Shown one piece after another: positions 54,898 to 64,000 of a stretch of 64,000 nucleotides of DNA (position 1 is the stretch's first letter; every line of letters begins with the position of its first letter). The stretch is from the human T2T-CHM13v2.0 reference genome, Homo sapiens, in assembly GCF_009914755.1 (NCBI RefSeq), contig NC_060933.1, one strand, 5' to 3'. Below the pieces are notes generated by a model. The model saw nothing but the letters and a program-made list of their open reading frames with translations. It did no database searches and was not told the DNA's origin. The position numbers were made by a program, and so were the translations under genes.

Positions 54898-55809
54898 AGT
54901 ACACAAATGTTGCCAGCATGTGAGTTTCCTTGGGCCAAAAGAGGTGGGTTCCATCAGGCCTTGGGGTAGAGGCAGTTATGAAACAAAAGTTGGGCTGGGC
55001 TCGAATATTTGGTAGCAATAAGCCCCAAAGTTCAAGCAGCCAGCATGTCCCAATCAGATTCTAATCTGGGATACTAACAATGGATGATGAGCAGAATCAG
55101 AAGCAAAGGTGGAGGAAATATTTGTCTTCCCATTTGAAGAAGTTGCAGTTCCAAATCTTTGATTCAGCAATTCTGATTGGGATACAGAATTTTACAGTTT
55201 ATGCAAGTTGCATCTCTAAGGTACACGTAGCTGACATGAAAAGCAGCAAGTTCTCTTCCTTGTTCTCACCAAACTCCTCCTACCGCATACCCAGTCACAG
55301 ACTTATATATGTTCAAAAGCCAGAAAAGACTGTAAGGTGGTTGTTAAAACCTCACTCACTTTGGAGTGTTGCTGGACCACTGCAGGCTGACTTCAGTCCA
55401 GAGAGATGTGCCCATTTACTCACTGTTAAGTCTTTGAATTAGAGTCTCTGCAGGAAACAGGTGTACATTCTGAATGAAGAATTGAGTAGTTTCATGAAGG
55501 GACAGTTTACAGAGGGGTGGGCAGAACTCAGGGAAGGCAACAAGGTATGGCACCCTAGGGCTAGCCATTGCAGGGAGCATTCACCTTTTAGTTACACCTA
55601 AAAGGGCCAGGAAGGAAGGGAGTGGCTGTATGAAGAAGGTCACCTGACAGGAGCTGTGGTCTTTTGTAGAGGAACGCAATCAACTCATGGAGACGCAGCA
55701 GAGAGGGAGCCAGCACACCAACGGTGTGACTTCATTCCCCTCCTGTCCTCCTAAATTTAGCTCATGCTGCCTATTGTCCAACCCCAACCAAAGACCAAAA
55801 GATAAGGAA

Positions 55810-58530
55810 GCTTTTCAAACTTAATGGTGATAGACTGAAAGCTTTCCCCCTAAGATCAGAAACAATATAAGGATGCCTGCTTTCATCACTGCTACTCAAC
55901 ATGGTACTGGGAGTCCTAGCCAGAGCATCTTGGAAAGAAAAAGTAAAACACTGTCATCATTTGGAATCACAAGTCATCCAAATTGGAAAGGAAGAAATAA
56001 ATATTTACAGTTGCAGAACACAGGACTCTACATATAGAAAATCCCAAGGAATACACAAAAAATCTATTAGATCTAGTAAATTGATTTAGCAAATTTCTAG
56101 GGTACAAGATCAACACACAAAAACCAGTTGTGTTTCTGTACATCACCAAGGAACAATCCTAAAAAAAAATTCCATTCATAATAGCATCCAGAAGAATCAA
56201 ATACAATTCTTAGGAATTTTATTCTGATTGGGATGTAGAATTTTATGGTTTATGCAAGTTTTGCATCTCTCAGGAATGCATTTGATCAGACCATTCATCA
56301 AGAAAGGTGAAGGACATGTACACTGAAAAGTATAAAACTGCTGAATAAAATTTAAAAAGACCTAACTTAACATGAAATTCCATGGTTATGTATCAGAAAA
56401 CTTAATATTGTTAAGATGGCAGTACTCCCAAAATGACTTACAGATTCAACGCAATCCCTATAAAAATTTTAATGGCCATTTTTGTGTAAATTTAACCAAG
56501 GAGGTGAAGGACTTGCACACTGAAAAGTATAAAACTGCTGAATAAAATTTAAAAAGACCTAATTTAATATAATGAAATTCCATGGTTATGTATCAGAAAA
56601 CTTAATATTGTTAAGATGGCAGTACTCCCAAAATGATCTACAGATTCAATGCAATCCCTATAACAATTTTAATGGCCATTTTTGTGTAAATGGAAAGGTT
56701 GATCCTCAAATTCACACAGAATTGCATGAGGCCCTAAACAGCCAAAACAATATTGAAAAAGAGAAATAAAGTACTACAAAGCTACAATAATCAAAACAGT
56801 GTGGTGCTGGCATAAGGATAGACATATATATCAACAGAATAGAGTTGAGAGTCCAGAAATAAACCCAAACACCTATGGCGAATTGATTTATCAACAAGGG
56901 TGCCAAGAACATTCAATAGGGAAAAAAAAGTGTCTTCAGAAGATGGTGCTGGAACTGGGAAACTACATGCAAAAGAATGAAGTTGGACCCCTACCTCACT
57001 CCATATACAAAGATTAACTGAAATGGATCAATTACCTAAATATAAGAGCCAAAAGTATAAAACTATTAGAAGAAAGCAGGGGTAAATCTTTATGAGCTTG
57101 GATTTGGCAATGGATTCTTAGAACTAACACTAAAGCACAAGCAACAAAAGAATACATCAATTAGATTTCACAAAAATTAAAACCTTTCCAAATCAAAGGA
57201 TATTATCAATAAAGTGAAAAGGTAACCTACAGAATGGGAGAAAATACTTATAAATCATATCTCATAAGGGTTTAGTATTCAGAATATATAAAAAATGCTC
57301 AGCCAGGTGCAGTGGCTTGCTTCTGTAATCCCAGCACTTTGGGAGGCTGAGGCAGGCTCATCCCTTGAGCCCAGGAGTTGGAGATCAGCCTGGGCAACAT
57401 GGCAAAACTCTGTCTTTACAAAAAATACAAAAATTAGCTGAATGTGTTGGTTCACAACTGAAGTCTCAGCTACTCAGGAGGCTGAGGTAGGAGGATTGAT
57501 TGAGCCCCAGAGGCAGAGGTTGCGGGGAGCCGAGATCACACTACTGCACTCCAGCTTAGGTGACAGAGCGAGACCCTGTCTCAAAAAAAAAAAAAAAAAA
57601 AAAATTTGTGACTCCACAACAAAAATACAAACAATTCAATTTAAAAATTGATAGTGGATTTGAATAGATAGTTCTCCAGAGAAGATGTACAAATAGCCTA
57701 CATTCACATTAAAATGTTCAACTTTATTGGTCATTAAAGAAATTTAAGTCAAAATCACAATGAAATGCCATTTCACACCCACTAGGATTACTATAACTTA
57801 AAAAATTGAAAATAACAAGTGTTGGTAAGTATGTGAAGAAATAGGAATCCTGGTACATTACAGTTTGGAATGTAAAATCATGTAGCCACTGTGGAAAACA
57901 GCTTGGTGGTTCCTCAAAAAGTAAAACATTGGATTACCATAATGACCCAATAATTCTAGGTATATGAATAGAAACGAAAACATTTGTTCACATAGAAACT
58001 TGTCTGTGAATGTTTGTAGTAGCGTTACTCATAACAACCCAAAGGTGGAAACAATCCAAATGCCTGTCAGTAGATGTATGGATAAACAAATTGTGGTATA
58101 TACATATAATGGAATATTATTCAGCCATTAAAAAGAATGAAATGGCTGACTGAGGTAGGTCATGCCTGTAATCCCACCAGTTTGGGAGGCTGAGTTAGGC
58201 AGATTGCTTGAGCCCAAGAGTTTGAGACTAGCTTGGGAAGCATGGCAAAACCCTATCTCTACAAAAAGTACAAAAATTAGCTGGACATGGTGGCATGTCT
58301 ATAATTCCAGGTACCTGGGAGGCTAAGGTGGGAGGATTGATTGAATCTGGGAGTTCGAGGCTGCAGTGAGCCATGATTTGATCACTACACTCCAGCCTCA
58401 GCAACAGATACTGTTTCAAAAAAAAAAAAAAACAAAGAATGAAGTACTGATATGTGCCACAATGGATGAACCTCAAAAATTTTTGTGTTATGTGAAAGTA
58501 GCCAGACATAGAAGGTTACATATGTATGAT
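55810..58530 (+). mobile_element. Old L1 (paralogue of 14365-16230) with nested Alus
   Basis: Decayed ORF2 (WCWHKDRHIYQQNRVESPEINP) and L1 3' UTR sequence. Confidence 0.88.
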
Positions 58531-61409
58531 TTCTTTTCTTTTTTTTTTTTTGGAGACAGAGTCTCACTCTGTCACCCAGGCTGGAGTACAGTGGCGTGAT
58601 CTTGGCTCACTGCAACCTCTGCCTCCCAGATTCAAGCGATTCTCATTATTCCTATCATTATTCTCATTATTCCTTCTTATTATTCCTATCATACATGATA
58701 ATAAATAGGAATAAAACCTCTCTTATTATTCCCCCACAGCTGAGCATAGGCACAGAAAAGAGAAAGTTCCAGGGGGTAAGTTCTGAGAGCAACGGCATAG
58801 CACAATGAGAAAAAAGCCATTCTCTGGAGGGAGACATCAAACATTCTGAAGAAACTGTATGGCAGTTCCAGGATTTTAACAGATCTGTCCATAGCAAGTA
58901 AGAACAGGGATTGCTAGAGCCATGCAGATAGAGTTTTTGAAGACTGTACAGGAAACAGGAAGTTTGAGGTATTGGGGATAGGGAGACAGAACCTTCTGCA
59001 ATTAATAGGTCTGATAAAAGAAATATAACACCCATATGCAGACTCGTCAGTCAACCACAGAAGAATATCAGATCCCGAAGGGAGGCAGAGGAAGAGGATA
59101 TCACAGAGACAGTCCTTTTAAAGCCCCATATTGCTAATGGTTTCACCAGTTGAGTAAGAAACAATGGATAATAATGGTTGAAACACAAAGCATCACGTCT
59201 ATAGTTTATCATATATAATTGTGCTTAAGTTGACTGTAGTAAACTGTGGCTCACATGACAGAATGATCTTAGTTATTTTCAATTAGTTTCTTTTGTGGTT
59301 AATCTAAAGTCCCAAGTAAAATAATTCATGGTAGCATTGCCGCAAAGACATGTCGAAACTGAAAACTGTAGACATAATTCCCGGGTCCGGGACGGGCAGC
59401 TGAAGAGAGCAGCCCCTCTATAGATGACACCTAAATAAGCCCTGTTTGAGCATGCGTGATCCTTCATGTCTCATAATCTGTGGATCCAGGGCTCATGGAC
59501 ATTTAAAAGAAAGGCATGCCTTTTTAGACAGCTTCTCCACATGTTACTGATGACATGCTTCAAGATTTCTTGTGCAGAATCTGATGATTCTTAAATTAGA
59601 ATCCCAATAGTTTTGCCAGTCAGTATTCATTATATAGTCACTTAGAGCTAAGCCTTGAGGAATAAAATTCCAACTAGGAATAATAATAAAAAACGGGAAT
59701 GGTGCCCTTGCAATACTAGTTCCTTATCCCTAGGATTTTATTATAATGAGAATAGTAAGTATATAGTTTAATTTATAATACATATTTTTAAATTTCATTA
59801 TTTCATAAGGAAAGGCAGTCTCCAAGAAAAATTAAAAGCCATCTCTATGAATGTCCACATTTTCAAGAACGATTTCATAGCCTGGTTGAAAATTGTGTGC
59901 TCTCTCCATCATCTTGCAATTTGAAGAACTGCAAAATCATGAATAATACAAAAGGATGTTAAACTTTTCAACAAATCCAGATGGGTACCAATGTCATTGA
60001 GAATTCCTGAGAATCACCTTGATTGCTGCTTCAGACCTAGGAGCCTGAATTGAATATCACTTACCAGTTGGAAGCTATTGGCTTCAGTGACGACAGTTTC
60101 TACAATAACATTGGTATCTATATCGTTTACTTTTAAAATTGTATAGACACTAAGTTTGTAATTTTGGCAAATAAAAAACGTCCAAACTTTAACATTCAGT
60201 CATTTCCCTTGCTAGCCTTCTATTTCTTCTCCCTTATTATTTAGACTTTGGTGCAACAGAAAGAATGATGGACTGGGAACTAGAGGCCAGTTTTAACACT
60301 AACCTTTGCTGGGACCTTGCAAATCTCTTCTTCATTTTGCATCTTAGTTGTCCCTTCTGCAAAATGAGAGAGTTGGACTAGATGTCCCTTTCAGCCATGA
60401 TTCTCGGGTTTCCATTGTTCCACACAGTCACTGGATGAAGAGACACTGCCAATGCAAAGACTGAGCCGCCATGAGAACTCATGTTATGTCTTGCAACTCT
60501 TGAGGCTGGGTATAATGTAGGCCTAAAGTCTTTACTTCTAATCTTAGGTAGCAGGGAAATGTGTCCATTTGTGGGTTATGCTGCTCGTTATCCCTCTAAT
60601 CCCCGTCTCCCCACACCATGCTAGTCCTGGATATTCAGAGTCAGGGCTTGTTTGTCAACACAGAAGACTCGCACACTTGTGATGCTTTTGCTTATCCTGT
60701 TCCTTTACCAGAAGATCCTTCTGCTTCTCTACCTAGTAAACTCTCACTCATTCTTTTAATTTTGCCTTTTAATTTTATATTTTGACATAATTTCAGACTG
60801 GGAGAAAAGTTGCAAAATCCGTACAAAGAATCCTCATATACCTTTTACGCAGACCCCCCAAATGATAACTTTTTACCACACTCCTCTGTCTCTCTCTCCC
60901 TCTAGCTCCCAGAATTTTTTTTCTGAGCCACTTAAGCATCAGTTTCAGACATGATGCCCCTTTACTCCAGGTAGTTCAGTGTGCTCGACCTGAAAAATAA
61001 AACCAAGACGTTCTCCTACATAATGTAAATATAAAAATCGAGGAAATAACGTTAATGCAGTGCTGTCCTCTAACCTAGATCTGGATGTTGCCAATTGTTC
61101 CTTTAATGTGGTACAGCTCCTCGGTCTTTCTTTGCATTTCCTGCCACTGACAGTTTTGGAGAGATAAGTCCAGTATTTTGTAGAATGTCCCTCAATATGT
61201 GTTTGATAGTTTTCTCATGTTTATATTCAAGTTATGTACTTTTGATGGGAATACCACAGAAGTTACATGCTGTTTTTCTCAATGAATAATGTCTCACATT
61301 TTTTTGTTTAGATGAAAGTCCTTCAATCTCTTACTCCCACTCCCCTCCTAAGATGTAAATAACCACTGTTAACAATTGGCATCCATGCAGTATTTTGTCT
61401 ATGTATCTA

Positions 61410-61709
<300 letters not shown>

Positions 61710-62006
61710 TCACTCCAGCCTGGGCAACAGAGTGAGACTCTGTCACAAAAAATAAAAAAATAAAAAAAAGATTTCACAATACACCTACTGCTCTGCAATG
61801 TGCCTTTTTTTCACTGAACTGTATGTCTTTGTGAATCTTTCTATATCTTTTTGTTGAAGCTGCGTCTACAGGCGTGTGCCACCGTGCACGGCTAATTTCT
61901 GTATTTTTAGTAGACGGGGGTTTTGCCATGTTGGCCAGGCTGGTCTCCACCTACTGGGCTCAAGTGATCCTCCCACCTCAGCCTCCCGAGTAGCTGGGAC
62001 TACTGA

Positions 62007-62186
<180 letters not shown>

Positions 62187-63302
62187 TAAGTATGTCCTTG
62201 TTTAGATCGTTCCCTACTAATGAATATTTGTTTCCATTTTTTTCTATCACAATGTTTGTACATACATTTAAGAACATACCTCATAATAGCGATAGATGCT
62301 ATTAAATAGCTCTCCTAACACACTTTTCCAGTTTGTATTCTCATCTACTGTGCATGAGATAATTTGCATTTTTCTGACTGTTAGTGATGCAGAGCACCTA
62401 TTCACGGCCTTTGGGTTTCTTGTTCTGTGAATTGCCTGTTAGTGGTCTTTGCTGTGAGAATGCTGAATTGTCCGTCTTTGTCTGACTACTTATTTCTCCA
62501 GGCCTCACTCAATTCTGTTCCTCTGCAGAGGCTTCCCCATGTCCCCTAATCAGCCACCACCCCCTCCTCTGCTGTCCCATAACACTGTTCACACCATGCC
62601 CAGGCCTTCATTTACCAACCATTCCATACAAAATCTACTCATTCCAAAAGTGTCCACTGTGAGCCTTCTCTGTGCTTGGCCTTGGGCTAGGTGTTGGGTG
62701 GAGAGACATGAGCCAGTCATCATAGACTCCATGCTAAAGTTCAATTTTGAAATGCAGCTTTGAGCATAGAAAAGAGCATGAGTTTTAGATCTAGACATAA
62801 CTTGAGTTGAATTCCAGCTTCACCACTTCCCAGCTGTGTAATTCAGAGCAAGTCACTTGATTACTCCAAGTCTCCATTTCCATACTAGTGAGGTGAGGCT
62901 AATCCCTCCCTAAGAGAGTCACTTGAAGCTGGGTAAGAGACAATAATATCTGAAATGGCTAAAAAGGGCCTGTTACACAGTAGGCTTGCAGTGGATGAAT
63001 GGTAGTTGAAAGGCAACTGTTAAGAGGTCAAAATCAGTTAGTTCTCAGAGGTTCTAGGAGCCACCAATAAACTGGAAAATAAAAAGGAAGGAAGTAGCTC
63101 CTCTCTTTGCAATGCAAAGGATATGGATGAGTGCCACTTGCCCAGATCCTGCTGCAGAATATCCTTTATCTTTCCTGCTCTCTGCAGCAGATTTCTGCTT
63201 TGTCTTGGCCCCTCATCCCAATTCAGCTGTGCACTGTTGATGTCCTACTGCCACTTTCGTGGGAAGAACAGGTGCTTCCCTTCTCAAATAAATGTTGGTC
63301 TA

Positions 63303-63590
63303 GGCAGGGCGTGGTGGCTCACGCCCGTAATGCCAGCACTTTGGGAGGCAGAGGCGGGTGGATCACGAGGTCAGGAGATCGAGACCATCCTGGCTAACAC
63401 AGTGAAACCCTGTCTCTACTAAAAATACAAAAAAATAAGCTGGGCGTTGTGGCGGGTGCCTGTAGTCCTAGCTACTCAGGAGGCTGAGGCAGGAGAATGG
63501 CGTGAACCCGGGAGGCGGAGGAGTTTGCAGTGAGCCGAGATCGCGCCACTGCTCTCCAGCCTGGGTGATAGAGTGAGACTCCATCTCAAA

Positions 63591-63625
<35 letters not shown>

Positions 63626-63628
63626 AAT
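63303..63628 (+). mobile_element. AluY with (TAAA)n tail, specific to copy B
   Basis: GAGATCGAGACCATCCTGGCTAACAC and GAATGGCGTGAACCCGGGAGGCGGAG diagnostics; TSD AAA(T/C)GTTGGTCT at 63290-63301 and 63629-63640. The site is empty at A ~23610. Confidence 0.9.
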
Positions 63629-63821
63629 AAACGTTGGTCTCTTTAGAAGATACTCTGTAAGAAAGACTTCAGGATATTTGTGCATGCTGTCACCCATGAT
63701 TTCAAGAAGTAGGGGCTGAGCACTGTGGTTCACACTGAGGCGGGAGGACTGCTTGAGACAGTTCAAGACCAGCCTGGTCAACATGGCGAGATCCCATCTC
63801 TACAAAATGTATATAGTTTTA

Positions 63822-63998
<177 letters not shown>

Positions 63999-64000
63999 AA

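Overview
Primate genomic DNA, human or a close great-ape relative, densely packed with Alu, L1, L2, MIR, MaLR and DNA-transposon repeats. No intact conventional protein-coding gene is present, and most ORFs in the supplied track are Alu or simple-repeat artefacts. The centrepiece is a full-length endogenous bornavirus nucleoprotein element at 34412-35568. It is a retrotransposed viral N mRNA with a GAA start, a 13-nt poly(A) and a 14-bp target-site duplication, and it forms the start of the last exon of a spliced transcript driven by a CpG-island promoter at ~27.1-28.4 kb. I identify this as EBLN3P, which from recalled annotation lies at 9p13.2 between PAX5 and ZCCHC7. The gene is bracketed by an old direct duplication (copy A 1-~23990, copy B ~46325-64000; A runs off the window start and B off the end). 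The copies share AluJ/FLAM/FRAM insertions, differ at AluS/AluY insertions, and contain near-identical, conversion-like tracts. Main hypothesis: EBLN3P is a chimeric gene made from a duplicated housekeeping promoter (predicted paralogue just beyond the window, near the ZCCHC7 start) that captured a viral cDNA through a splice acceptor lying in the target-site duplication. Alternative 5' splice sites may determine whether a 47-aa virus-derived peptide is the first ORF. All alignments and repeat calls were made by eye, so repeat boundaries and subfamily names are approximate.
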